Notes under the pieces: generated by a model
What the model saw: only the letters and a program-made list of their open reading frames with translations
Database searches by the model: none
What the model was told of the DNA's origin: nothing
Program-made: the position numbers and the translations under genes
Part shown: positions 1 through 11,644 of the stretch, piece after piece
Position numbering within the stretch: position 1 is the stretch's first letter
Layout of the letters: each line of letters opens with the position of its first letter
NCBI GenBank assembly: GCA_035574315.1
Contig: DATLYW010000012.1
Location: 209,741-273,740 of the forward strand
Reading direction: 5' to 3'
Origin: Candidatus Zixiibacteriota bacterium
Lineage (GTDB): Bacteria > Desulfobacterota > Binatia > UBA9968
Length of the DNA: 64,000 nucleotides

Positions 1-88
1 TCGTCATGGACTGAACGGAGATCGGCGCCCCACCGCCGATCGCGACGTTGCCGACCCGGATCTGCCTGGTTTTTCGGCGCGGGATCAT
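1..88 (-). CDS. ispG: IspG (GcpE) HMBPP synthase, 5' end only (runs off window)
   Basis: Manual translation from ATG at 88: [29 protein letters not shown], the characteristic IspG N-terminus. Not in the ORF track. Confidence 0.9.
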   Translation of the reverse strand, partial: MIPRRKTRQIRVGNVAIGGGAPISVQSMT

Positions 89-164
89 GGTCTCACTATA
101 GAGAAGCCGTAACAGGGGGTCAAACGCGGTTCTCGCGCGTCGGAAACCTTCCCGACGCGAGCGG

Positions 165-926
165 CTACTTGCTCGCTTTGCCCGCGGCCCGGTCCTGGGA
201 GCCGGGCCGCGGCTCTTCTTTCTTCTTGCGATCGCCTTCCGGGATGATGAGCAGCCGCCGGTACGAGCCCTGGCCGAGGCTCTTGGTGGTGACCCAGGGA
301 TCGTCCTGCAGGGCGGCATGGATGATGCGCCGATCCGCGGCGCTCAGCGCTTCCACGGTAACGGTCTTGCGCTGTCGTTTGGCCTTTTCCCCCAGCCGGA
401 GAGCCATGTCCTCCAGGGATTTTCGCCGCCGCTCCCGGTAGTTTTCGATGTCGACCACGACGTGCGGGCCCTCGCCGGTGTGCTCTCCGGCGATCCGGGT
501 GACCAGGTACTGGAGGGCTTCGAGGGTCTGCCCCTTCCGGCCGATCAAAAGGCCGCTGTTCTCCGTCCGGATCTCCAGCACCGTTTCGGCTCGTTCCTGA
601 TCCTCCTTCACCTCGATCGTGGCCGGGATGCCCATCAACCGCAGGATCTCTTCGAGGACATCCTTCGCCTTCGCCGTCAGCGCCGCCGCATCGGGCTCGG
701 CCATGCGCGCGGCCGCTGAAGCCTGCGGGGCGGCGACCGCCGCCGCGAGGATCGTCTTGCGCAGCGAAGCCCTGATGCGGGCCTTTTGGGCTCGGAACCC
801 GAGAATACCCCTGCGCGGCTCGGCGAGGATATCGACCGTCACCTGGTCTCGCCCCACGCCCAGGGCCTTGAGAGCGGCCTCGATCGCCTCATCGATGCTG
901 TCGCCTTCGGTTTCCACGTAATCCAT
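165..926 (-). CDS. jag: Jag/EloR (KhpB) RNA-binding protein
   Basis: Jag_N start ([13 protein letters not shown]), KH GxxG ([16 protein letters not shown]), R3H motif (DRRIIH); directly downstream of yidC. Confidence 0.95.
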   Translation of the reverse strand: MDYVETEGDSIDEAIEAALKALGVGRDQVTVDILAEPRRGILGFRAQKARIRASLRKTILAAAVAAPQASAAARMAEPDAAALTAKAKDVLEEILRLMGIPATIEVKEDQERAETVLEIRTENSGLLIGRKGQTLEALQYLVTRIAGEHTGEGPHVVVDIENYRERRRKSLEDMALRLGEKAKRQRKTVTVEALSAADRRIIHAALQDDPWVTTKSLGQGSYRRLLIIPEGDRKKKEEPRPGSQDRAAGKASK

Positions 927-947
927 ATCAGACCTCGCCGCGCGTCC

Positions 948-2555
948 CTACTTGTCCATGCGGTTGATCCACCACTGCTGGCCGATCGACAGAATGTTAT
1001 TGACCAGCCAGTAAATCGTCAATCCGGCCGGGAAGGTGACGAACATGAAGGTGAACATGAGCGGCATCATCAACATCATCTTGCGCTGGTTCGGGTCGCC
1101 CGCGCTCGGAGTCATCCACTGCTGGATGAACATGCTGGCGCCCATCAGGATCGTCAGCACCGGAACGCCGAGATGCCAGCCGCCGACCGTAAAAGGCAGC
1201 GACTCCCAGTCCGGCCGCGACAGGTCCTTGATCCAGAGAAACGGAGCGTGGCGCAGCTCGATGGGCGTGCTGAGCGCGTTGTACAGGCCGATGAACACGG
1301 GAAACTGCAGCAGCATCGGCAGGCAACCGCCCAGCGGATTGACCCCGTTGCGCCGGTAAAGCTCCATGATCTCCTTGTTGAGCTTCTCGCGATCGTCCTT
1401 GAACTTCTCCTTGAGCCGCTCCATCTGCGGCTGCAGCCGCTGCATCTGCTTCATCGAGACGTAGCTCTTGTGCGTCAGCGGCGCCGTGAGAATCTTGATC
1501 AAGACCGTGAGCAGGATGATATCGATCCCGTAGCTCGCGGTGAACCGGTGGAAGAAATGGAGCACGTAGAGCAGTGGAATCGAGATGAAGGCGAAATAGC
1601 CGAAATCGATCGAGCGCTCGAGCCCCTTCCCGATCGCTTCGAGGACGCTCAGATCCTTCGGGCCGATGAACAGCGTGTAGCGGGCGGCGTCCCGGGCGGG
1701 TTGCGGGGCGACGCTCAGCACGAGCGCCGGACCGGACTGCCCCAGCGTGACGGAGTGCTTCCCCCCGCTTTCGGGGAGGAGCGCGATAAAAAAATAAGTG
1801 TAGCCGAAGCCGGCCCAGGCGACATCCCCGGAAAACGCCTTCTCCTCCTTCAACGGATCGGCCACGTGCTCGCGCTTGATCTTGTTGTCGACGAGCGCCA
1901 CGAGCCCCTCGAACGGGGCGTCGGGATTGCGGACCGCCTGATCGGCAGGAGCCGTCAACAGAACCTGGAGCGGAACCGCCGCGCCCGCAGGGTTCACGGC
2001 GGACACCTCGAGCCGGATCGGGTAGCTGCCTCCCGTGAACACGAGCGTCTTGGTGATCGTCGTGCCGTCGCCCGCACGCCCGCGGAAGGTCAAGGCGGCC
2101 TGCTGCTCCCCTGACAGTCGCACGCTCGATCCCTCGACCTCGTAGTTCACATCCGCGTCGCCTCCCGCAGGGGCACCGATCCAAGTAACCCCGAGGGGGA
2201 GCGGCAGGGCCGGGGAGGGAGAGACGATGTCGAACGGCGGGCTCTTCTCATGAGCCGAGCTGCGATAGTCCTTGAACTGAAAGCTCTTCAGACGCGCGCC
2301 CCGGCTCGTGAAAACCGCCATGTAGCGGTCGGTCTCCACTGTGAGCTCCCTTGCTTCCTGCGGGACCGGACGCTCGGCAGCCGCCGCCTTCGGCGGCGCA
2401 GCGGGCCGGGCGGGCTCGGGAACGACCGGCTTTTTCGCTTCGGGAACCGGCGGAGCTGGAGATTCCGGGGTGCCGTACTGCCATCCCAGCCACTGCTGGT
2501 ACAGAACGAGGACGATGAGCGAAAGAACGACCGCTAAAAGGGCGCGCTTCTCCAT
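948..2555 (-). CDS. yidC: Membrane protein insertase YidC
   Basis: N-terminal TM, periplasmic domain, conserved GVNPLGGCLPMLLQFPVFIGLY, WIKDLS and GLTIYWLVNNILSIGQQ. Confidence 0.97.
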   Translation of the reverse strand: MEKRALLAVVLSLIVLVLYQQWLGWQYGTPESPAPPVPEAKKPVVPEPARPAAPPKAAAAERPVPQEARELTVETDRYMAVFTSRGARLKSFQFKDYRSSAHEKSPPFDIVSPSPALPLPLGVTWIGAPAGGDADVNYEVEGSSVRLSGEQQAALTFRGRAGDGTTITKTLVFTGGSYPIRLEVSAVNPAGAAVPLQVLLTAPADQAVRNPDAPFEGLVALVDNKIKREHVADPLKEEKAFSGDVAWAGFGYTYFFIALLPESGGKHSVTLGQSGPALVLSVAPQPARDAARYTLFIGPKDLSVLEAIGKGLERSIDFGYFAFISIPLLYVLHFFHRFTASYGIDIILLTVLIKILTAPLTHKSYVSMKQMQRLQPQMERLKEKFKDDREKLNKEIMELYRRNGVNPLGGCLPMLLQFPVFIGLYNALSTPIELRHAPFLWIKDLSRPDWESLPFTVGGWHLGVPVLTILMGASMFIQQWMTPSAGDPNQRKMMLMMPLMFTFMFVTFPAGLTIYWLVNNILSIGQQWWINRMDK

Positions 2556-2560
2556 GATGA

Positions 2561-2782
2561 TCAGCGAACCGGATCATATCCGCCCGGGTTTCCGGGATGG
2601 CAACGGCCCAATCGGCGAAGGGCCATGAGCGTCCCGGCAACCACCCCGTACCGCTCGACGGCCTGCGACGCGTAAACCGAGCAGGTGGGAAAGAAACGGC
2701 ACGAGCGGGGAAGCACCGGCGAGACGAAGCGATGATAGGCCTTGAGGCCCGCGGCTAGAATCGACCGGATCCTGCGGTTCAC
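2561..2782 (-). CDS. yidD: Membrane protein insertion efficiency factor YidD
   Basis: CRFFPTCSVYA and RCHPGNPGGYDPV motifs; lies between rnpA and yidC. Confidence 0.95.
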   Translation of the reverse strand: MNRRIRSILAAGLKAYHRFVSPVLPRSCRFFPTCSVYASQAVERYGVVAGTLMALRRLGRCHPGNPGGYDPVR

Positions 2783-2785
2783 GGC

Positions 2786-3139
2786 TCAGCGGCTCCCGTT
2801 TCTCACCAGAGCTTTTTTCAGCTCGCTTTCGGTCTGGGCGTAAGAGATGTCGGCTGCGGCGTCGCGCGCGATCACCAGAACGTCGAGCACCGGTACGATG
2901 TCGCGGCGGCACCGCCGGAAGCATTCGCGGACGAGCCGTTTGACACGGTTGCGCGCCACTGCGTTTCCAACCTTGGCGCTGACGGTTACGCCCAGTCGCG
3001 CCTGCTTGCCGTCGTTCGGCCTGGTGATGACCACGAAATGGGGGGTGTGGATCTTCTTTCCGCGGCGCGACAGATCGATGAATTCGGGTCGTTTCCTCAG
3101 GCGGGCCTGCTTCGGAAAGTCCGCCTTTCCCGGCGACAT
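2786..3139 (-). CDS. rnpA: Ribonuclease P protein component
   Basis: RLGVTVSAKVGNAVARNRVKRLVRE (RNR motif). Confidence 0.96.
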   Translation of the reverse strand: MSPGKADFPKQARLRKRPEFIDLSRRGKKIHTPHFVVITRPNDGKQARLGVTVSAKVGNAVARNRVKRLVRECFRRCRRDIVPVLDVLVIARDAAADISYAQTESELKKALVRNGSR

Positions 3140-3150
3140 GCGTGCTTGGC

Positions 3151-3312
3151 TTACGTTCGCGCTCGCTTCGGCGGCACCGTAACCGTTAGCCGTTTTCGCC
3201 CCTTGGCCCGTCTTCTCTTTAGCACGTTTCGCCCGCCCGGCGTGGCCATACGGGCGAGAAACCCATGTGTTCGCTTGCGGCGAACGTTGCTCGGCTGATA
3301 AGTCCTTTTCAT
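3151..3312 (-). CDS. rpmH: 50S ribosomal protein L34 (53 aa; missed by ORF track)
   Basis: Manual translation [53 protein letters not shown]; upstream GGAG; precedes rnpA. Confidence 0.97.
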   Translation of the reverse strand: MKRTYQPSNVRRKRTHGFLARMATPGGRNVLKRRRAKGRKRLTVTVPPKRART

Positions 3313-3379
3313 AGCGCTAATGGCTCCTGAGACGGTCGAATCGCCAACTTTTTATATGAACCATACCGTCGGGGTATTG

Positions 3380-4393
3380 TCAATTTAGCGAATTTTCGGG
3401 CTTGAGCGAGCGCTTCATCAGGTCGCGCACCGCGAGTGCAGGCGGTTTTCCCTCGTACAGCACCCGGTACATCTGGTCGACGATCGGCATCTCGACCGAT
3501 AGACGGCTGGCGAGTTCCCGCACCGACCGCGTGTTGCGCACTCCCTCGGCCACCATCCGCGTTCCCGCCATGATTTCTTCCAGGCTCTTTCCCTGCGCCA
3601 CCAAAACCCCCACCTTGCGGTTGCGGCTCAGCTCTCCGGTGCAGGTGAGCACGAGGTCCCCGAGGCCGGCCAGTCCGGAGGTGGTTGCGGGGTCCGCGCC
3701 CATGCGAACCGCCAGCCGCGTGAGCTCGGCGAGACCGCGGGTGATCAACGCCGCGCGGGCGTTGTGTCCCAGCCCGAGGCCGTCGCTGATGCCGGCCGCG
3801 ATGGCGATGACGTTCTTCACCACGCCTCCCATCTGGACCCCGATCACGTCGGTCGAGGTGTAGACCCGGAAGTTTTGCGTGCTCAAAGTCTCCTGCACCG
3901 CGCGCGCGACTTCCCGGCGGTAGGCCGCCGCCGTTACCGCTGCGGGCAGCCCCCGCCCGACTTCCGCGGCGAAGGTGGGGCCGGAGAGAAAAGCGTGGCG
4001 TTCTCTGGCGCCTTCACCGAGAATCTCGGCCATGAGCTCTCCCATCGTCTTGAGGCTCCCCTCCTCCAACCCTTTCGTGGCGCAGAGCAGCGTCGTGCCT
4101 CGATCGAGGCCTGGAGCCGCCTGCTCCAGCACCTCGCGCACCGCGTGCGAGGGAACCGCGCAGATCACGAGCGATTTTCCCCGGGCGGCCGCCGCGGCGT
4201 CACGCGTCAGCTCCACGTCGTCGGGCAGACGCACCCCGGGGAGATAAGTACGACTTTCGCGCGCTCCGGCCAGCTCCCGGTGCGTGTCCGCGCCGTGGCA
4301 CCAGAGGGTGACCCGCATGCCCTTTTCGGCCAGCAGCTTCGCCAGCGCGATTCCCCACCCGCCGGCGCCGATGACGGCAATGGCCTGGCTCAT
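3380..4393 (-). CDS. gpsA: NAD(P)H-dependent glycerol-3-phosphate dehydrogenase
   Basis: GAGGWG Rossmann motif, KNVIAIAAG, GLAGLGDLVLTC, SRNR, VAEG. Confidence 0.96.
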   Translation of the reverse strand: MSQAIAVIGAGGWGIALAKLLAEKGMRVTLWCHGADTHRELAGARESRTYLPGVRLPDDVELTRDAAAAARGKSLVICAVPSHAVREVLEQAAPGLDRGTTLLCATKGLEEGSLKTMGELMAEILGEGARERHAFLSGPTFAAEVGRGLPAAVTAAAYRREVARAVQETLSTQNFRVYTSTDVIGVQMGGVVKNVIAIAAGISDGLGLGHNARAALITRGLAELTRLAVRMGADPATTSGLAGLGDLVLTCTGELSRNRKVGVLVAQGKSLEEIMAGTRMVAEGVRNTRSVRELASRLSVEMPIVDQMYRVLYEGKPPALAVRDLMKRSLKPENSLN

Positions 4394-4426
4394 GGTGGCT
4401 CAGCTTCCGTAGAGAACGGCACAGAT

Positions 4427-4457
4427 CGATCCGTTCCGGCGGGCCGGGAACGGATCG
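4427..4457. other. Inverted repeat (11-bp stem) between gyrA and gpsA
   Basis: CGATCCGTTCC (4427-4437) pairs with GGAACGGATCG (4447-4457). No U-tract, so a classical intrinsic terminator is not established. Confidence 0.5.
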
Positions 4458-4465
4458 AGAGCGCC

Positions 4466-6916
4466 TCACACCCCCTCTTCCTCCTCCTCTCTTTCCGCCA
4501 GCCGCGCGAGCGATACCACCCGCTCCCCCTCCTCGAGATCGATCAGGCGCACGCCCTGGGTGTTGCGGCCGATCACCCGAATGTCCCCGACCCTGAGTCG
4601 AATGATCTTCCCCTTGTTGGTGACGAGCATGAGCTGGTCCTCTTCCGTCACCTGCTGCACGCCGACGACGCGACCCGTCTTTTCCGTGGTCTTCATCGTG
4701 ATGATGCCCTTGCCGCCGCGTGCCTGCAGCCGGTACTCGTCCATCGCGGTGCGCTTGCCGAGGCCGTTTTCCGCCACCGTCAGGATGTCGGATCCCAGGC
4801 TGAGAATCTCCATGCTCACCACCGAGTCGCCTTCGTCCAGCCGCATCCCGACCACGCCGTAGGTGCCGCGCCCCGTGGCGCGGACCTGCTCCTCCTTGAA
4901 GCGGATAGACTGCCCGGCGGCCGTGGAGAGGATGATCTCCTGGCGGCCGTCGGTCAGGCGGACGCCGATGACCTCGTCGCCGGGCTCCAGCGCGATCGCC
5001 CGCAGGCCGCTGGCGCGCAGGTTGGCGTAGGCCATCAGCTCGGTTTTCTTGATCAGGCCGTTCTTCGTGGCGAAGACCACGTAACGCCCTTCCTGGAACT
5101 CGCGGATCGAGAGAAACGCCGAGACCCGCTCTCCGGGCTCAAGATTCAACAGATTGACGATCGGCTTGCCGCGCGCGGCGCGGCTGGCCTGCGGCAGCTC
5201 ATGGACCTTGATCCCGTAGACCTTGCCGGTCGTCGTGAAGAACAGCAGCGTGGCGTGCATCGAGGCGATGATCAGGTACTCGACGAAATCCTCCTCCTTG
5301 GTCGTCGTGCCGATTTTTCCCTTCCCGCCGCGCCGCTGGGCCCGGTAGAGCGCCACCGGATTGCGCTTGATGTAGCCTTCGTGGGAGATCGTCACCGCCA
5401 TGTCCTCGTCGACGATCAGGTCCTCGATCGAGATCTCTTCCGATTGCGCCACGATCTGGGTGCGCCGCTCGTCACCGTATTTCTTCTTGATCTCGCGCAG
5501 CTCCTCGACGATGATCCGGTAGATCTCCCTCTCGCTCGCCAGGATCGCGCGCAGCTTGGCGATCAGCTCGAGCGTTTCGCGGTGCTCCTGCACGATCTTG
5601 TCGCGCTCCAGGCCGGTGAGCCGCTGCAGCCGCATCTCCAGGATCGCCTGTGCCTGCGCTTCCGACAGGCCGAAGCTCTGCATCAGGCCCTCCTTCGCGG
5701 TCTTGGGATCGCGCGAGCCGCGGATCAGCCGGATCACCTCGTCGAGGTGATCGAGCGCGATCTTCAGTCCCTCCAGGATGTGCAGCCGCTCTTCGGCCTG
5801 GCGCAGCTCGTAGGCCGTGCGCCGCGTCACCACTTCCTTGCGGTGGTCGAGGAACGCTTTCAGCGCCTCCTTGAGATTGAGAAGCTTGGGCCTGCCGTCG
5901 ACGATCGCGAGCATGTTGACGCCGAAGGACTCCTGCAGGGCGGTGTGCTTGTAGAGCTGGTTGAGGATGATGTCCGCCATCGCGTCGCGCTTCAGCTCCA
6001 GAACGATGCGCATCCCCTCCCGGTCGGACTCGTCGCGCAGATCGGCGATGCCCTCGATCTTCTTTTCCTGAACCAGCGCCGCGATCTGCTCGATCAGCCG
6101 GTTCTTGTTCACCATGAAAGGGATCTCGCTGATGACGATCTGTTCCTTCCCCGTGCGCTTGACGGTCTCGGTGAACGCCTTGCCGCGCATCTGGATGATG
6201 CCCCTGCCCTCGGTGTAGGCTTGCAGGATCGGCTCGCGGCCGTGGATGAAGCCGGCGGTGGGGAAATCCGGCCCGGGAATGTAGTGCATGAGCTCCTTCA
6301 CCGTGATGTCCGGGTTCTCGATGAGCGCGATCAGCCCGTCGACCACTTCCCCGAGATTGTGCGGCGGGATGTTGGTCGCCATTCCCACCGCGATCCCCGC
6401 CGCGCCGTTGATGAGCAGATTGGGGATCCGCGACGGCAGGACGACCGGCTCCTTCAGCGAATCGTCGTAGTTGGGGACGAACTCGACGGTATCCTTCTCG
6501 ATATCCGCGAGGATCTCCTCGGCGAGCTCCGCCATGCGGATCTCCGTGTAGCGCATCGCCGCCGGGGGATCGCCGTCGATGCTGCCCCAGTTCCCCTGAC
6601 CATCGATCAGCGGATAGCGCATCGAGAAATCCTGCACGAGCCGGACGATCGTGTCGTAGACTGCGGTGTCGCCGTGCGGGTGGTAGTTCTTGAGGACCTC
6701 GCCGACGACGCCGGCGCTCTTGCGATAACGCTTCTCGTGCGTGAGACCCATCTCGTACATCGCGTAGAGGACGCGACGGTGCACCGGCTTCAGGCCGTCG
6801 CGGACGTCGGGCAGGGCGCGGCTGATGATGACGCTCATGGCGTAGTCCATGAACGACTGCCGCATCTCGTCTTCGATGTAGACCGGGACCTTCTGCTGCT
6901 TCAGGGTCGCTTCCAT
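4466..6916 (-). CDS. gyrA: DNA gyrase subunit A
   Basis: [22 protein letters not shown], catalytic AAMRYTE, GyrA-box QRRGGKG, C-terminal pinwheel repeats. Confidence 0.98.
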   Translation of the reverse strand: MEATLKQQKVPVYIEDEMRQSFMDYAMSVIISRALPDVRDGLKPVHRRVLYAMYEMGLTHEKRYRKSAGVVGEVLKNYHPHGDTAVYDTIVRLVQDFSMRYPLIDGQGNWGSIDGDPPAAMRYTEIRMAELAEEILADIEKDTVEFVPNYDDSLKEPVVLPSRIPNLLINGAAGIAVGMATNIPPHNLGEVVDGLIALIENPDITVKELMHYIPGPDFPTAGFIHGREPILQAYTEGRGIIQMRGKAFTETVKRTGKEQIVISEIPFMVNKNRLIEQIAALVQEKKIEGIADLRDESDREGMRIVLELKRDAMADIILNQLYKHTALQESFGVNMLAIVDGRPKLLNLKEALKAFLDHRKEVVTRRTAYELRQAEERLHILEGLKIALDHLDEVIRLIRGSRDPKTAKEGLMQSFGLSEAQAQAILEMRLQRLTGLERDKIVQEHRETLELIAKLRAILASEREIYRIIVEELREIKKKYGDERRTQIVAQSEEISIEDLIVDEDMAVTISHEGYIKRNPVALYRAQRRGGKGKIGTTTKEEDFVEYLIIASMHATLLFFTTTGKVYGIKVHELPQASRAARGKPIVNLLNLEPGERVSAFLSIREFQEGRYVVFATKNGLIKKTELMAYANLRASGLRAIALEPGDEVIGVRLTDGRQEIILSTAAGQSIRFKEEQVRATGRGTYGVVGMRLDEGDSVVSMEILSLGSDILTVAENGLGKRTAMDEYRLQARGGKGIITMKTTEKTGRVVGVQQVTEEDQLMLVTNKGKIIRLRVGDIRVIGRNTQGVRLIDLEEGERVVSLARLAEREEEEEGV

Positions 6917-6968
6917 TGCGAATCTTCAGTCGGGACCGCGCGTCGATCGCGTCCGGGCGGACTGGTGG

Positions 6969-9416
<2,448 letters not shown>

Positions 9417-9468
9417 TTAAAAAATCCCTTAAAATTAATGCACTTACGCTTTCAAAGGAACCAGTCGA

Positions 9469-9497
9469 ATCATAGCGGAAATGCCCTCGAAAGTAAA
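9469..9497 (-). promoter_or_regulatory. Sigma70-type promoter for gyrB operon
   Basis: Minus strand TTTACT (9497-9492), N17, TATGAT (9474-9469), about 70 bp upstream of the gyrB ATG, in an AT-rich gap. Confidence 0.6.
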
Positions 9498-9628
9498 GCT
9501 TTTTGTGGCCCCTAACGGGGCGATTTTTAAAGAAAATTTCATCCCTCGCCAGTCCGCCCGAAAACCCCCGGCAAAGGCCGCTGGAAAGCCCGGTTGACAG
9601 CCCTGCTTCCTTGCGTCAAAACGGAGCG

Positions 9629-10336
9629 GTGAAACCGGCCATTACGGCACTCGCGTTCCTTACCGCGCTGCAGCGCCTTGGAAAGACGCCGCCGGAGCCG
9701 CACCGGATCGGCGCCATGGCCGGTTGTTTTCCGCTGACCGGGCTGATCCTGGGCGTTGCGTTGTTGCTTTCGGATCGCTTGCTTCAGCCCCATCTCGACT
9801 CCGAGGTGCTGAGCGCGGTTCTGGTTCTGGAGCTTGCGCTCTTGACCGGCGGGATGTCTCTCGACGCGCTGCGCGGGACGTTCGCCCGCCTGCCCGGAAG
9901 CCTGAGCTTCGGCGGCTCCGGCACAGGCGAAACCTCGGGTCTGCTCGCCCTCTTTTTCGTTCTGATGCTCAAGGTCCGAACGATCGAAGTCGCGGGCGAC
10001 TCTCGCTCGATCGATCTCCTGCTCGCTCCGGTGTTCGGCCGTTGGGCGCTCGTGATTTACCTCTACGGGGCTGCCGCCGCCGCGGGCGAGCCTCTTCGAT
10101 CGATCGCCGCAGGCGTCAGGCCCCTGCAGCTTTTTCTGGCCACTGCGATCGCGTTGGTGTTGGCGGTCTACCTCCTCGGGCGGGGCGCGCTCTGGATCGG
10201 CCTGGTCGTTTCTCTTGCGACGCTTCTCGCGCGGAGTTGTTTCGGCAAATGGGCCGGAGCACCCTCGCTGGATGGAGCGGGCGGAGTCGTGGAGCTGGCG
10301 GAAACGCTGGCGCTCCTCCTGCTTTCCGTGCTGTGA
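9629..10336 (+). CDS. Degenerate CobS-like membrane protein (probable pseudo-enzyme)
   Basis: Likely GTG start at 9629 after GGAG. CobS-like hydrophobic layout (ALAFLT...FPLTGLILG...LLAPVFGRW...ELAETLALL), but the HxDGLxDxxD and DSRxG motifs are lost. Confidence 0.7.
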   Translation: MKPAITALAFLTALQRLGKTPPEPHRIGAMAGCFPLTGLILGVALLLSDRLLQPHLDSEVLSAVLVLELALLTGGMSLDALRGTFARLPGSLSFGGSGTGETSGLLALFFVLMLKVRTIEVAGDSRSIDLLLAPVFGRWALVIYLYGAAAAAGEPLRSIAAGVRPLQLFLATAIALVLAVYLLGRGALWIGLVVSLATLLARSCFGKWAGAPSLDGAGGVVELAETLALLLLSVL

Positions 10337-10368
10337 CGGTCCGGGCTCGGGGGCAGCAAACGATCCTA

Positions 10369-10397
10369 TTGACACCCGCCAGCCAAGAGGATAACTT
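10369..10397 (+). promoter_or_regulatory. Sigma70-type promoter upstream of riboswitch 1
   Basis: TTGACA (10369-10374), N17, TAACTT (10392-10397). Confidence 0.7.
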
Positions 10398-10413
10398 CGC
10401 CACCAGTTTACAC

Positions 10414-10580
10414 GGCTCTAGGTGACAGGGAAGCCGGTGCGAATCCGGCGCGGTCCCGCCACTGTGAAGGGGTAAGTTTCCGCGACCCAGGCCACTGTCC
10501 CGTTGAGGGATGGGAAGGCTGCGGAAAGCAGGGCGCAGACAAACGCCCCGCGCCCCCAAGCCAGGAAACCTGCCTAGAGT
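10414..10580 (+). ncRNA. Cobalamin riboswitch 1
   Basis: AGGGAAGCCGGTGCGAATCCGGCGCGGTCCCGCCACTGTGA ... GCCACTG ... GGGAAGG ... AAGCCAGGAAACCTGCC; P1 CTCTAGG pairs with CCTAGAG. Confidence 0.95.
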
Positions 10581-10660
10581 TTGTCGACCGGTCTCTCCGG
10601 TAGAGAGAGAAAGGTTTTCCCTATTTCCCGTTACACCGTCGGGGTCTCGAGAGGTGGTGT

Positions 10661-11458
10661 GTGAGAGAGGCGTTTTTCCTGTCGGCCTCGCTGGCGTTGC
10701 ATGCGCTTGCCCTCGCATATCCGGTCTCGTTTCGCGAGAGCGGGGAAGCTCCGGTCGTGGTCACGCTGATCAGCAGACAGGAAAGCGCCCGCGAGCGGAC
10801 CGGTTCGCCCGGATCTGCGCCCCCGTACCGCACGGCAGGCGGCGTACAGCCAGCGGCGGCTGACACGAAGCGCCTCGATGACCGCGGCGGAACTTTCGGC
10901 CAGGCGGCCGTGGAAGCAAAGATGCCGGAAACCGCCCGAGACGGTGAATCCGAAACGCTCTCGGTTTTTCACGCCGAGAACGACGATGGCTCGTTGTTGG
11001 CGCTGGCCGGAAGGTCCGGCTCCGAAAAGTCCTCCGTCTTCGCGGCGGGGGACGCTTCGAGGGTTGGAGGGGCCGGCCCTTCTTCGGCGGGAGGCGGCAA
11101 GGCAGATCTCGCGGCCGGCGGTTCGGGCGGAGGCAGAGCGCGGTTCACCCCCGCCTCCTACGATTACGCCCCGGCCCCTCCCTACCCAGAGCACGCCCGC
11201 AGAGAGGGACGGGAGGGGCGCGTGCTGCTGCGGGTCCTGGTCGATCCTGAGGGGAGGTCGAAAACGGTCGAGGTCAGACTGAGCTCCGGGAGCGACGTCC
11301 TCGACCGAGCCGCCGAGGAGGCAGTGAAGCGCTGGCGTTTTGTGCCGGCGCGATCGGGCGGGCGAGCCGTGGAAAGCTGGGTCAACGTTCCCGTCGAATT
11401 CCGACTGACTGATTCCGGGCGCTGGCCGACAAAGGAGGCAGACCGGAGCACAAACTGA
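10661..11458 (+). CDS. tonB: Energy transducer TonB family protein
   Basis: N-terminal TM with SxxLH, low-complexity linker, TonB C-domain (PPYPEHARREGREGRV...SSGSDVLDRAAEEAVKRWRF). Confidence 0.88.
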   Translation: MREAFFLSASLALHALALAYPVSFRESGEAPVVVTLISRQESARERTGSPGSAPPYRTAGGVQPAAADTKRLDDRGGTFGQAAVEAKMPETARDGESETLSVFHAENDDGSLLALAGRSGSEKSSVFAAGDASRVGGAGPSSAGGGKADLAAGGSGGGRARFTPASYDYAPAPPYPEHARREGREGRVLLRVLVDPEGRSKTVEVRLSSGSDVLDRAAEEAVKRWRFVPARSGGRAVESWVNVPVEFRLTDSGRWPTKEADRSTN

Positions 11459-11460
11459 CT

Positions 11461-11610
11461 GCGGACGGATGCAAGGGAAAGAGGTGCGATTCCTCTGCTG
11501 CCCCGCAACTGTAAAGGCGACGAAAGCCGCGAGACGCCACTGCCGGCGCAAGCCGGTGGGAAGGCGCGGCGAGTAGGACGAAGCCTGAGCCAGGAGACCT
11601 GTCCGGACGC
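11461..11610 (+). ncRNA. Cobalamin riboswitch 2 (intercistronic)
   Basis: AGGGAAAGAGGTGCGATTCCTCTGCTGCCCCGCAACTGTAA ... GCCACTG ... GGGAAGG ... GAGCCAGGAGACCTGTCC; begins 2 nt after the tonB stop. Confidence 0.93.
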
Positions 11611-11618
11611 CACAACAT

Positions 11619-11640
11619 CCCCTTTCGCGGGAAAAGGAGG
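11619..11640 (+). promoter_or_regulatory. Candidate RBS-sequestering hairpin (riboswitch expression platform) for btuB
   Basis: CCCCTTTC-GCG-GGAAAAGGAGG: the pyrimidine arm can pair with the 5' part of the AAGGAGG Shine-Dalgarno just before the ATG at 11645. Confidence 0.55.
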
Positions 11641-11644
11641 TTTG

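Noticed and set aside
9629-10336. Calling the cobS-like gene a pseudogene
   Set aside because: The frame is uninterrupted, near full length, with a plausible RBS and preserved TM pattern. It is kept as a CDS, though decay cannot be excluded without dN/dS.
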